Positions 27,817 through 37,422 of a DNA stretch of 64,000 nt are shown here, piece after piece. A program made the position numbers and the translations under genes. Below the pieces are notes generated by a model. That model saw nothing but the letters and a program-made list of their open reading frames with translations, was not told the origin of the DNA and searched no databases. This DNA comes from Candidatus Doudnabacteria bacterium. Its GTDB lineage: Bacteria > Patescibacteriota > Doudnabacteria > UBA920. The stretch covers positions 93,210 to 157,209 of the forward strand of contig PLYC01000013.1 of the NCBI GenBank assembly GCA_003151625.1, in the 5' to 3' direction. The stretch's first letter is position 1, and every line of letters begins with the position of its first letter.

Positions 27817-28398
27817 CTAGTTTCCCAGTACAAATCTAGCAAAACGTTTTACCACTACCTTCTCCCCCATTTTTGCAACGGCTTCGCCGATTAAATCTTT
27901 GACTTTAATGTCGGGATTTTTTGCAAATGGTTGCTCCATTAAGCAGGCTTCTTCAAAATATTTGGCAAGTTTACCTTCCAAAATTTTGTTAACCATATCT
28001 TCCGGTTTACCCTTAATTTGTTCTTTGTAGATTTCCTTTTCTTTATCCACAACTTCTACCGGGACATCGGCTGTAGAAACATACAACGGGTTTGCGGCTG
28101 CTATATGCAAAGCCAATTCTTTGGCCAAATGCTTAAAATCGTCCGTACGAGCCACAAAGTCTGTTTCGCAGTTAATTTCCACCAAAACGCCCACGCGGCT
28201 GCCCGGATGGATATAGGCTTCCACAAGGCCTTCATTGGCAACACGGTCGGCCTTTTTGCCGGCTTTAAGTGTGCCTTTTTTGCGCAAAATTTCCACGGCC
28301 TTGGTCTTGTCGCCCCCGGCCTCGGTTAATGCGCCCTTAATTTCCATCATCCCAGCCCCGGTTTGTTCGCGGAGTTCTTTTATTAGATTTTTAGACAT
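27817..28398 (-). CDS. tsf: Elongation factor Ts
   Basis: IKELREQTGAGMM, EINCETDFVAR; adjacent to rpsB. Confidence 0.97.
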   Translation of the reverse strand: MSKNLIKELREQTGAGMMEIKGALTEAGGDKTKAVEILRKKGTLKAGKKADRVANEGLVEAYIHPGSRVGVLVEINCETDFVARTDDFKHLAKELALHIAAANPLYVSTADVPVEVVDKEKEIYKEQIKGKPEDMVNKILEGKLAKYFEEACLMEQPFAKNPDIKVKDLIGEAVAKMGEKVVVKRFARFVLGN

Positions 28399-28570
28399 AA
28401 GTTTACGAAGTACCTGCCCACCAATGTTAATTTTTATAGTAGCACTGATGGTAATTATCCATTGTCTGTACTATGAAAGTTTGCTTTGGCAGGCGGGCGA
28501 AATTTTACGAACTTACGAAAGGACAAACTTCGTAAGTTCGTACCTATTCGTACTTCGTAAAATCAGTTAA

Positions 28571-29299
28571 TTATTTAGTTTCAATTAATTTATCAGCTTC
28601 TTTCGTTACCGGTGTCGCTTGTCTTCCTTCGGTTATGGCTTCGGATATAACCGAGCACATAAGTTCAATACTTTTTGTGGCGTCGTCGTTGCAGGGAATA
28701 ACGTAGTCTATGCCTTCGGGGCTGCAGTTGGTGTCTACCAGGCCGATAATTTTTACTTTGCTTTTTTGCGCTTCCTTTACCGCAATGGAATCGTGTTTGA
28801 CATCGGTGACAAAAATCGCGTCAGGGAGTTTTTTCATGCTTTGGATGCCTTCGAACAATTTTCTCATTTTTTCGATTTCGCGTTCTATGAGCAAACGTTC
28901 TTTTTTGGTGTAGCGGCTTTCCAATTCACCGGAGGCTTTTAAGCTTTCCAATTTTTCCATTTTGCGGATGGTTTTTTGAATGGTCTTAAAGTTGGTAAAG
29001 GTTCCGCCGAGCCAGCGGACGTTAACGTACGGCACGGCCGCGGCTATGGCTGAATTTTTTAAAATTTCTTTGCTCTGGCGCTTTGTGCCAACAAACAAAA
29101 TTATGCCGCCGCGTGAAGTTGTTTCCTTGGCAAACTTAGCCGCTTTTTCCAAACCTTGTTTGGTTTTTTCCAAATCCAGAATGTGGATGTTGTTGCGAGT
29201 TGTAAAAATAAACGGCTTCATTTTGGGGTTCCACCTGGAGGTGGTATGGCCAAAGTGCGCGCCGCTCTTCATCAACTCTAAAAGGGTGATGTCTTTCAT
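28571..29299 (-). CDS. rpsB: 30S ribosomal protein S2
   Basis: GAHFGH...WNPKMKPFI, RWLGGTFTN, VDTN, PCNDD. Confidence 0.98.
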   Translation of the reverse strand: MKDITLLELMKSGAHFGHTTSRWNPKMKPFIFTTRNNIHILDLEKTKQGLEKAAKFAKETTSRGGIILFVGTKRQSKEILKNSAIAAAVPYVNVRWLGGTFTNFKTIQKTIRKMEKLESLKASGELESRYTKKERLLIEREIEKMRKLFEGIQSMKKLPDAIFVTDVKHDSIAVKEAQKSKVKIIGLVDTNCSPEGIDYVIPCNDDATKSIELMCSVISEAITEGRQATPVTKEADKLIETK

Positions 29300-29310
29300 T
29301 GTGGTTTTAT

Positions 29311-29400
29311 GTAGTGTGCGGCGGTGTAGCGGCGGGTATTGCCCACCATTAATGGAGGCCGAGTAGGCCTTCCGCTACAGCGCATAAAATACACGCTACA
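29311..29400. repeat. Nested GTAG-type REP-like palindrome
   Basis: gtagtgtg..tgtagcgg...ccgctaca..cacgctac. Confidence 0.55.
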
Positions 29401-29499
29401 TTATCCTTTTCCTTCCATTCTCTTTATCCCCTGCTTTGGCTCTCGAGCCGCACGGGACAGGATAATTATCCGAGAATGTGCTTAATTAATAACTGGCTT

Positions 29500-29541
29500 A
29501 TTATAACAGGGGTTGACGAAAATGGCAAGAGCTGGTAAAAT
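29500..29541. promoter_or_regulatory. Overlapping divergent sigma70 promoters (rpsB and the rpmE operon)
   Basis: Minus TTGCCA-17-TATAAT (29528-29500); plus TTGACG-17-TAAAAT (29513-29541); both with extended TG. Confidence 0.7.
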
Positions 29542-29550
29542 GTCTGTACT

Positions 29551-29895
29551 ATGGGCGAAATAGACAGAGGCGCCAAAGACTATATCGATCAAATTCCGAT
29601 TGAAGAATTGGATTATTTGGGTGTAGAAACCGAGAAGGGCAGGCTGCAAGCAATCGAAGCTTTAGCCGGTTCTTTATTGGTTGCTTTAGAGAGGAAGGAT
29701 TACGAAGTTGCTCAAAGAAAAGCCCATTTGATATTTAGAACAAGTTTGCTATTTAATGAAAGATCTGTGCCCATTTCAGAAAAAGGCTTGGAGTTATTTA
29801 AAAGACAATTGGTTAAAGAGCTTTATTCAAATACAGGTAGTCCTAGCAGTTTAGATATTTTATCAAAAGGGAAAAGAATAGAAGATAAGAAATAA
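29551..29895 (+). CDS. Hypothetical protein
   Basis: 114-aa ORF directly after the promoter. Confidence 0.55.
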   Translation: MGEIDRGAKDYIDQIPIEELDYLGVETEKGRLQAIEALAGSLLVALERKDYEVAQRKAHLIFRTSLLFNERSVPISEKGLELFKRQLVKELYSNTGSPSSLDILSKGKRIEDKK

Positions 29896-29913
29896 TTAAT
29901 TTAAACAGAATTC

Positions 29914-30174
29914 ATGAAACCCACAATCCATCCCCAATTTAATACAGACGTAGTAGTAACCTGCGCTTGCGGCGCTACTTTTACCACCGGTTCAACGGCC
30001 AAGACTTTGCATACTGAAGTCTGTAGCCAGTGCCATCCGTTTTACACGGGTAAGCAAAAATTGCTTGATGCCGCCGGTTCCATCGACAAATTCAAAAAGC
30101 GCTCCGCCGCCGCCGTTCACATTAAAGCCGCGGTTAAACCCAAAAAGGAACGCAAGAGCAGAACAAAGAAGTAA
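29914..30174 (+). CDS. rpmE: 50S ribosomal protein L31 (Zn-binding type)
   Basis: [19 protein letters not shown]. Confidence 0.97.
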   Translation: MKPTIHPQFNTDVVVTCACGATFTTGSTAKTLHTEVCSQCHPFYTGKQKLLDAAGSIDKFKKRSAAAVHIKAAVKPKKERKSRTKK

Positions 30175-30182
30175 CTTATTTA

Positions 30183-30212
30183 AAAGGCCCTCTTTAGTTG
30201 GAGGGTCTTTTT
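30183..30212 (+). terminator. Intrinsic terminator after rpmE
   Basis: ggccctct-ttagtt-ggagggtc-ttttt. Confidence 0.6.
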
Positions 30213-30232
30213 GTGGTAAGATTAGTTTATTC

Positions 30233-30327
30233 GGCGTCATCCTGAGGGAGTGCGTCCGACCGAAGGATCTCTGTCAAAAGAAGAGATTCTTCGCCCCTCA
30301 GAGACATTCGGGGTTCAGAATGACGCC
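30233..30327. repeat. Solo CGTCA-ended palindromic element (inverted relative to the 27697 copy)
   Basis: ggcgtcatcctga...gaaggatctc...gagattcttcg...tcagaatgacgcc. Confidence 0.8.
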
Positions 30328-30339
30328 AAGGAGATAGTT

Positions 30340-31437
30340 ATGGATTCCACTTTTAAAAAAATAGCAGATGAGTACGAACAGCTAACCGAGCAAATGGCTT
30401 CGGGTAGTTCTTTCGATATGGCTAAATTAGGCAAAAGGCAGGCCGAGCTGGCGCCAATGGTGGGGAAGATCAAAGATTTAGGATTAAAGATTAAAGAACA
30501 AGAAGATAATAAAAAGCTTTTGGAAGACCAAGATTCGGAAATAAAATCGATGGCGCTGGACGAGGGTCGGCGGCTTGAATCTGAAATCTTAAATCTTAAA
30601 TCCTCGATCGAGGATTCCCTGTTGCCCAAGGATAAAAACGACGACAAAAATATAATCGTAGAAATTCGTGCCGGAGCCGGCGGTGACGAAGCCACCCTGT
30701 TTGTGGCGGAGATGTTTAGGGCTTACGGTAAGTTTGCGGAAGAACAGGGTTTTAAACCTCATATTGTTTCTTCTTCCCGTTCGGATGCGGGCGGTTTTAA
30801 AGAAGTAATCTTCGAAATCCACAGCCCCTTGAAGATTCCCATCAAGGGGCACGATGGGAATCTTCAAGGGGCGCCTTATGCTTTGTTTAAATACGAATCC
30901 GGCGTCCACCGCGTACAGCGCGTGCCGGAGACGGAAAAAAGCGGCCGCGTGCATACCTCTACCATAACCGTGGCCGTGTTGCCCATTTTGGAAGAAAAAG
31001 ACTACGCCATTGCGGATAAAGATCTGAACATCGAGGCAACTACATCTTCCGGCCACGGCGGGCAGAGTGTAAATACTACATATAGTGCTATCCGCATAAC
31101 CCATATCCCTACCGGTATAACCGCTCAGTGCCAGGATGAGCGTAGCCAGGCGCAAAACCGGGAGAAGGCCTTGGAAGTTATTCGCGCCCGCGTTGCCCAG
31201 CATTACGAGGAAATAGAAAGCAAAAAAGTGCGCGACCTTACAAAGTCTCAAATAGGAACCGGTGATCGGTCGGAGAAAATCAGAACTTATAATTTTCCCC
31301 AAGATCGTGTTACCGATCACCGTATTAACGAAAATTTTAACCAAATAAATTTGATTATGGAAGGCAAATTTGCCGATATTGTTGAAGCATTACAGAAAGC
31401 GGATTTGGAAGCAAAAAGGGAGGCGTTAAAGAATTGA
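30340..31437 (+). CDS. prfA: Peptide chain release factor 1
   Basis: VQRVPETE (PxT), GHGGQSVN, RTYNFPQDR; start ATG 30340 after AAGGAG. Confidence 0.96.
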   Translation: MDSTFKKIADEYEQLTEQMASGSSFDMAKLGKRQAELAPMVGKIKDLGLKIKEQEDNKKLLEDQDSEIKSMALDEGRRLESEILNLKSSIEDSLLPKDKNDDKNIIVEIRAGAGGDEATLFVAEMFRAYGKFAEEQGFKPHIVSSSRSDAGGFKEVIFEIHSPLKIPIKGHDGNLQGAPYALFKYESGVHRVQRVPETEKSGRVHTSTITVAVLPILEEKDYAIADKDLNIEATTSSGHGGQSVNTTYSAIRITHIPTGITAQCQDERSQAQNREKALEVIRARVAQHYEEIESKKVRDLTKSQIGTGDRSEKIRTYNFPQDRVTDHRINENFNQINLIMEGKFADIVEALQKADLEAKREALKN

Positions 31438-31500
31438 AAAGGTGTGACGGCAACATGAAGTTGCCGTCACTGGTAAGGAATGCTACTACTCGTCCAGAAC

Positions 31501-31854
31501 TCAGTCCAGAAATTCCTTGTAATGGCGCAGCAGTTCGGCAACCTGGATATCGGTGAGGTAGATGAACTTGCGGGCATTATTCTGGAATGTTGCCCACACC
31601 ATCGCGAAAAGCGGGTATGGGGTGTTGAGCTCGACCTGCGTTAGGCCTTGCTCCATGATGGGGTACAAATCTGACCCGGATTCGTCAACGCCGTCACGGA
31701 ACTTGCGAAGTATTTCCAGGAACTCGGGTTCCGTAAAAGTTGCGCTGTGGATTTCATCTGTGTTGTTTTCCCGCAGCGTGTAGTATGTTGCCGACTTAGT
31801 TTGGGCTTTAATCACCCAAACCTCAGACTGTTGGCGGTTGATCACAGTAGGCAT
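31501..31854 (-). CDS. Hypothetical protein
   Basis: 117-aa ORF with AAGGAGG RBS. Confidence 0.6.
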   Translation of the reverse strand: MPTVINRQQSEVWVIKAQTKSATYYTLRENNTDEIHSATFTEPEFLEILRKFRDGVDESGSDLYPIMEQGLTQVELNTPYPLFAMVWATFQNNARKFIYLTDIQVAELLRHYKEFLD

Positions 31855-31906
31855 TTGCTCCTCCTTGGGTAGCTAGATAGTATAGTATTAAATATTGTTT
31901 GCGTCA

Positions 31907-32023
31907 ATGCAACCTACAATAAAAGATGTATTAAAAAAATACCATAAAATAGAAATAGAACTCCTGCTGGAGCATGTGTTGCGGAAACCAAACCCTTCGA
32001 CAAGCTCAGGGTTAGATTTATGA
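31907..32023 (+). pseudogene. Diverged duplicate of the prmC 5' end, cut by a small hairpin repeat
   Basis: MQPTIKDVLKKYHKIEIELLLEHVLRKP vs PrmC MTIRQALIKYHCIEIELLLADLLGKS. Confidence 0.7.
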
Positions 32024-32874
32024 CGATACGACAAGCATTAATTAAATATCACTGTATTGAAATTGAGTTGCTTCTTGCGGATCTCCTTGGTAAATCTAAG
32101 GAGTTTTTGTTTATGAATCCCGGGCACAGCTTATCAGCTGGGCAGCTTATAAGCTTATCAGCTCTTGTTAAACGCAGGGAGAGCGGTGAGCCGATGGCTT
32201 ATATTTTGGGGTATAAGGATTTTTATGGGTTAAAATTTAAAGTTAATCGCAACGTGTTAATCCCCCGCCCGGAGACGGAATGGGTGGTTGAAAGAATTAG
32301 GAATTATGAATTAGAAATTATGAATGGGAAACCATTTCGAGTCCTTGATGTCGGTACCGGAAGCGGGTGCATTGTTATAAGCTTAGCGAAATTGTTGCCA
32401 CCCTCCCCTAACCCCTCCCGTCAAGGGAGGGGAAAACTGCAGTTTTGCGCAAGTGACATGTCATCAGAAGCTTTAAAGATTGCCAAGCAAAATGCCAAAA
32501 AGTATAAAGTAAAAATTAAGTTTATTAAAAGCGACCTTTTAAAAAATATTAAGGGCAATTTTGACGTTATAATCGCAAACTTGCCATATGGATGGCGTGG
32601 GGTCAAAAACAGATTTTCTTCGGTTAAAGATGGATTAAAATTTGAGCCAAAGAAGGCTTTATATACATCGGAACGCGGTTTGCGGGAGATCCGCCGCTTG
32701 CTACAACAAGTCGCTTTGTTAAAAAATAAACCAAAGTTGGTTTATTTGGAATTTGACCCAAGACAAAAACGCGAGCTGGGATCACTAATAAAAAAATCCC
32801 TCCCAGGATCTAAAACAAAGTTTTATAAAGACTACAACGGTTTTTGGCGTTATGCGGAAGTTATTCCGTTATGA
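32020..32874 (+). CDS. prmC: Release factor glutamine methyltransferase
   Basis: GEPMAYILG, VLIPRPETE, LDVGTGSG, ANLPY. Confidence 0.95.
   Translation: MTIRQALIKYHCIEIELLLADLLGKSKEFLFMNPGHSLSAGQLISLSALVKRRESGEPMAYILGYKDFYGLKFKVNRNVLIPRPETEWVVERIRNYELEIMNGKPFRVLDVGTGSGCIVISLAKLLPPSPNPSRQGRGKLQFCASDMSSEALKIAKQNAKKYKVKIKFIKSDLLKNIKGNFDVIIANLPYGWRGVKNRFSSVKDGLKFEPKKALYTSERGLREIRRLLQQVALLKNKPKLVYLEFDPRQKRELGSLIKKSLPGSKTKFYKDYNGFWRYAEVIPL
32401..32432. repeat. DUF559-type palindromic repeat inside prmC, in frame
   Basis: ccctcccctaacccctcccgtcaagggagggg; reverse complement resembles 44221-44254. Confidence 0.75.
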
Positions 32875-33754
32875 TTTTTTGGAATTTTTCCAAAGTTTCC
32901 TGTCCATGCACGCGGACACGAGGGATACGCATTAAATCATCCAGATTTATTAGTTTCCCTTCATGCACAGTTACACCCATTACAAAGCCGGATTTTTTGG
33001 CTTGAGTAATATAAGAGTCGGTATAGTGGCCGTAAGGGTAAATTAAAATATTTGTGGTGGTTCCGAGATTGTTGTAAATGTCGGAAATAGATGCGGACAA
33101 GTTTTGAAAAATGTAGCTAGCTGTAAATTTAGGATTTTGTCCGTCAAAATGATTTTGAGTGTGCGAGACAATTTCATTGCCCTGGCTTTGGGCATTTTTT
33201 ATTTCTTCCCAAGGGGCATAAATATTGGTACCCTGCGAAGTTCCGGGGTTTTGTGTAATTATCCCAAAACTGCCCGTATAATTATATTTTTTTAAAATTG
33301 GCACGGCGTTTATAAACACATCTTCGTATCCGTCGTCAAAAGTAAATAACACCGGTTTTTTTGGCATAACAAATTTTCCCTGGCTGTAAAGATAAATATC
33401 CTCCAGAGTAACGCTGTTATACTTGTTATCGCTTAGCCATTTAACCTCCGCTTCAAAATTGGCGGTCGGCACGGTTAAGTCCTGCCGCACTTTATTGGCT
33501 TTTGTCGGCAAATCTTCAACATGGTGGTACATTAGAATGGGAATGGATAGCGTGCGGCCTTTTACTATGGCGTCATTAGGAACCGGCAGCGGCTCGTAGT
33601 CCTTTGGTGTTACCAATTTCGGGTATGTCTTGCCCCTCGGTTCGATTACAGTCACTTTTGGCATTTGGCGATCGAAATAAAAAAATCCTCCCGCCAATAC
33701 CAGGCAGGCGAGGATTAAAATGGACAATTGGATTGCTTTTTTCTTTAGGTACAT
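32861..33754 (-). CDS. Polysaccharide deacetylase (NodB-type)
   Basis: PILMYHHV, TFDDGY, SHTQNH, YPYG. Confidence 0.92.
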   Translation of the reverse strand: MYLKKKAIQLSILILACLVLAGGFFYFDRQMPKVTVIEPRGKTYPKLVTPKDYEPLPVPNDAIVKGRTLSIPILMYHHVEDLPTKANKVRQDLTVPTANFEAEVKWLSDNKYNSVTLEDIYLYSQGKFVMPKKPVLFTFDDGYEDVFINAVPILKKYNYTGSFGIITQNPGTSQGTNIYAPWEEIKNAQSQGNEIVSHTQNHFDGQNPKFTASYIFQNLSASISDIYNNLGTTTNILIYPYGHYTDSYITQAKKSGFVMGVTVHEGKLINLDDLMRIPRVRVHGQETLEKFQKIITE

Positions 33755-33779
33755 TGTAGTTTAAATTATAACATAAGTA

Positions 33780-33825
33780 TAGCGTGCCCATTTATTGGGC
33801 TGCAGCCCAATAAATGGGCACGCTA
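33780..33825. repeat. Perfect 46-bp palindrome (GTAG-type REP doublet)
   Basis: tagcgtgcccatttattgggctg|cagcccaataaatgggcacgcta. Confidence 0.85.
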
Positions 33826-33900
33826 CAGCAAAGATCGTCCGGGCAATAAGAGAAAACAAAACCCGCCCTGTCATCGACAGGGCGGGTTTTAAAATCGTAA

Positions 33901-34602
33901 TTATTTCTTTTCTTCTTTTTTCTCTGACTTTTCTGCCTTTTCGGGTTTTGCACCGTCTTTGGCTTCGGCAACGGGTTTGTCTTCCGCCGCGCCTTCAACT
34001 TTGCTGACGTCTTCCACAACCGGCGCGGTTAATTCTGTTTCCACCTCTCTGGGCGGCTGGACTTTAACTATCATTTCATCGCCGGGTGTTATAATTTTAA
34101 CTTTGGCCGGAGCAATTAAGTCTTTAATGTGTATGGTCTCCTGTAAGGCTTGCAAGACATCCAGGCTGACCGGAATATTGTGGGGTAAATCCGCCGGCAA
34201 ACATTCTACTTCCACTTCATTTAATATTTTGACCAATACGCCGCCGAGCTGTTTTACCGCTTTGCTTTCGCCGGTAAATTCCAAAGCCACTTTGGCTTTG
34301 AGTTTTTCTGTCAGGCTTACCTGGTAAAAGTCCACGTGTGTCGGGACGCTGGTTAAATAGTGGCGTTGAAATTCGTGAATAAGTACCGGGTGGGTTTTAC
34401 CGTCATCGGTTATTAATTCCACAATTGTACTTTCCCCCGCTTTCCTTAAGAGTTTATCAAATTCCCTGGCATTAATAGAAAGAGATACTGTCGGAAGATT
34501 GTGTCCATACATAACAGCGGGTAACAGTCCAACTTTACGCATTTTTTGAGGATTTTCTTTTTTAACATCGCGAACCGATGCTTTGAGCTGTAGTTTTTCC
34601 AT
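33901..34602 (-). CDS. rplY: 50S ribosomal protein L25 (Ctc type)
   Basis: PAVMYGH, HVDFYQV, GGVL, ECLPADLP; probable start ATG 34602. Confidence 0.95.
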   Translation of the reverse strand: MEKLQLKASVRDVKKENPQKMRKVGLLPAVMYGHNLPTVSLSINAREFDKLLRKAGESTIVELITDDGKTHPVLIHEFQRHYLTSVPTHVDFYQVSLTEKLKAKVALEFTGESKAVKQLGGVLVKILNEVEVECLPADLPHNIPVSLDVLQALQETIHIKDLIAPAKVKIITPGDEMIVKVQPPREVETELTAPVVEDVSKVEGAAEDKPVAEAKDGAKPEKAEKSEKKEEKK

Positions 34603-34753
34603 TTTATTCCCTGTTCGGCTTTGCCCATCGGTTTTCATCATCGGATAATGATTACTCGCCTACTCACAAAACCTTAAAATTAAATCCTGATTATTCTAAC
34701 AAAAAACCCCTGCTTTGGCAAGGGTTAAAGTAAATTATGTTAAGTAGTGTGAT

Positions 34754-35197
34754 TTAACAGTTTGTTTTAGTTAGGCTGTTTTTGCTTGTAAGTGGATTCT
34801 GTGTAAAGCTGGCCACAAAATCGCCCTTAAAGCTTTTAAGTGCCTGGTGGATGCCGATGATTTCGTTAGTTTGAATGGGACCGAGTTTGTTGAACTTGGA
34901 GCTGTCCTGGCCGGTTAAGTCGGTAACCATGCCAACGCTAAAGACCTCGGGACCGCGAATTTCGACGTTGAACATTACCGAACTTTTGCATTTACTGCAG
35001 TCGGAGTGGATTAAAACCCTGGCTTCGCCGTAAAATTCGTCCTGCTCGCTTTCAATCACCCGGGTTTTATCCAGGTTATATTTAGCCCCGCAGATTGGGC
35101 ATTTAAGCATAATGCCGAGCCACTCTATAATTCTTTTGAAGTCAAAGTTTTTTCCGGCGGAGCCGGATCCCGCTCCGCGGGACATATCATTTCTCAT
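34754..35197 (-). CDS. Hypothetical zinc-binding protein
   Basis: CPIC and CSKC motifs. Confidence 0.7.
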   Translation of the reverse strand: MRNDMSRGAGSGSAGKNFDFKRIIEWLGIMLKCPICGAKYNLDKTRVIESEQDEFYGEARVLIHSDCSKCKSSVMFNVEIRGPEVFSVGMVTDLTGQDSSKFNKLGPIQTNEIIGIHQALKSFKGDFVASFTQNPLTSKNSLTKTNC

Positions 35198-35221
35198 ATA
35201 CTTTTATGTTATCATAATTCT

Positions 35222-36322
35222 TTAAAACCGCAAAGCCTTGGATTGGACGGAGACGTTTTGCAGGACGCCAAGGAGCATTAAACAGACAATTAAAGAACTT
35301 CCTCCAGCCGAAACAAAAGGCAAAGGAATGCCAGTTACGGGCAAAAGGCCGATATTCATGCCAATATTAATTAACACATGGAAAAAGAAAAAGAAAAATA
35401 CGCCGCCGGCCAAATACATACCCAGGTCATCTTTGGCTTTTTGCATAATTTTAAGCAGCCTGAAAAGCAGAAAAAAATACAGGCATAACAGGCTGGCCGA
35501 GCCCAAAAAGCCAATTTCTTCACTGCTGGCCGCAAAGATAAAATCGGTTTGCCGTTCGGGTAAAAATTTACTTTGGCTTTCCACTCCTTTGCCCAGTCCC
35601 CTGCCTGTAAATTCTCCGCTACCCACGGCAATGGTTGCCTGGCGTACGTTGTAGCCGCGGCCATGCGGGTCGAGTCCCGGGTTTAAAAATACCTCAATGC
35701 GGCTTTTTTGAAAATCCTTTAAAACAAATTTCCAGGTAATGCCGGCAAAAACCAAAAAGGCTAAAAATAATATGGCTAAATATTTTTTCTTGATCGGGCT
35801 GATTAAAATAATTCCCAACCAAATACCGGAAATAATAAGCGCCGAACCCAAATCTGGTTCCAGCGCCACCAAAAAAGCCGGCACTAAGGCGTAAGCCAAT
35901 GACCAAAGAATGGTTTTGTAGGAATTAATTTGCCCGCGTTTTAAATATAGCAATCGCGCCAGACCTAAAATAACGGTAAACTTTATAAACTCCGCCGGCT
36001 GGAACCTGGTTATGCCAAAATCAACCCAGCGCCGGCCGCCGCGTATTAGCGAACCGAATACAGTTAGATATAAAAGTAATGAAACCAAGACGACGTAAAT
36101 AACGCGGTTAGTTTTGGCCAGCGCGTGATAATCAAAAAAACTCAAAAATAAAAAAGCCGCCAGGCCCATGCCCAAAAATATTAATTGACGATAAAATACC
36201 CCGGAGCTTCCGTCCGAGAGAGTGGTGGCGTACAAAGTCGCCAGCCCCGCCGCTACCAGCAGTAAGGTGCAAACCAACAGCGGGACATCAAAATATTTAA
36301 AACGGTTTAGAAAATTAAACAA
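35222..36322 (-). CDS. rodA: Rod shape-determining protein RodA (SEDS family)
   Basis: RWV, FQPAEFIK, EPDLG, LPERQTDFIF, PVTGIPLPFVSAGGSS. Confidence 0.92.
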   Translation of the reverse strand: MFNFLNRFKYFDVPLLVCTLLLVAAGLATLYATTLSDGSSGVFYRQLIFLGMGLAAFLFLSFFDYHALAKTNRVIYVVLVSLLLYLTVFGSLIRGGRRWVDFGITRFQPAEFIKFTVILGLARLLYLKRGQINSYKTILWSLAYALVPAFLVALEPDLGSALIISGIWLGIILISPIKKKYLAILFLAFLVFAGITWKFVLKDFQKSRIEVFLNPGLDPHGRGYNVRQATIAVGSGEFTGRGLGKGVESQSKFLPERQTDFIFAASSEEIGFLGSASLLCLYFFLLFRLLKIMQKAKDDLGMYLAGGVFFFFFFHVLINIGMNIGLLPVTGIPLPFVSAGGSSLIVCLMLLGVLQNVSVQSKALRF

Positions 36323-36373
36323 GGTTTTATCCTTTATCTTTTACCCGCGTGAATGATGAAGGATTAAGGGTAA

Positions 36374-37249
36374 TTATTGCTTGCCCGCGGAAGGGTGGCT
36401 AAGGTCAGAGGAGGAGTTAGTTTGGATAGTTGGAGCGGAAAGGTCGGTTGAGTCTAAGGTGTCGGTATCGGCGGTTACATCTACGCGGTTTAAACTCGGC
36501 GCGACTAAGTTGGGCCACAGCTGTTTATAAGCTCGGCGCTCAAACGGGGCGACCGTAAATTCGTCGCGCTGGCTGACGCCGATAATTTTATTATCTTGAT
36601 CAAATAACACCAGAGTTAATCGGACTTTGCTAATGGTATAAGGACTGTTGTTTAAAAAATCTCCTTGCGCCACAAATGCCAAAGGCGAGGTCTGCTCAAA
36701 TGTTTGTGGCAAAGATGTAGAGAAACTTACCGTAGGAATGGACAGTCTTTTTTGCCAAGGCAGAGTTTGAGGCAAATTAAAATCGGCATAGGAAATTTGT
36801 CCGCTCGGCGAGAAGGTTGGAGCCGTTATGTATTTGGTCTGGTTCGGGAGCAAAAAAAGTTTGTCCTGGTACTGGTAGATTTGTTGCTTTTGGGCATTGT
36901 AAAAAGTAAATGAAAAAGGCACGTTGTCCAAAGACAAATCCAAATTTTGGTTGCTAATTTGCACAACCGCGCCAAAGTCTTCGGGGCCTGAAGTGGTTAA
37001 AGTCACCAGCGAAATTTTTGGCGCCTGCGGGTTGGTAAAACTCGGCTTGGCCATTATGGCTCCCTGTTGGTAGCGAGCCAGCCAAGTTTTTTGCGACATG
37101 CTTTTGGAAATATAATAAGCCGGAATAATTGCCAAAAAAGCTATTACAACAACCCAAATAAGAGCCGGCGGGAATTGGGTTAAGTTTTTTTGAGCAAAAA
37201 GTTCAGCCTCCTGAATTTCCAGCTCAACTTTGTCTTTAAAAAGGGACAT
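36374..37249 (-). CDS. Hypothetical membrane-anchored protein
   Basis: One TM segment then two beta-rich domains. Confidence 0.7.
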   Translation of the reverse strand: MSLFKDKVELEIQEAELFAQKNLTQFPPALIWVVVIAFLAIIPAYYISKSMSQKTWLARYQQGAIMAKPSFTNPQAPKISLVTLTTSGPEDFGAVVQISNQNLDLSLDNVPFSFTFYNAQKQQIYQYQDKLFLLPNQTKYITAPTFSPSGQISYADFNLPQTLPWQKRLSIPTVSFSTSLPQTFEQTSPLAFVAQGDFLNNSPYTISKVRLTLVLFDQDNKIIGVSQRDEFTVAPFERRAYKQLWPNLVAPSLNRVDVTADTDTLDSTDLSAPTIQTNSSSDLSHPSAGKQ

Positions 37250-37422
37250 TTTTGTTTAATTTGTTTAGATTTTTATGTTAATTTTAGTATAGCAAAGTTT
37301 GGGGTTTTTTGGTATTCTGTATGTAGAAGCGAAAGAGACGCGAAGACTGCAGCGCGAAAATAGACGCGAATTCGCGTACTGTTCGCTTGTGTCCGATTCG
37401 CGTTTGTATTCGCTTCTATATT

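Noticed and set aside
30250-30339. N-terminal extension of RF1 in the ORF track
   Set aside because: It is read-through of the palindromic repeat; ATG 30340 has an AAGGAG RBS.
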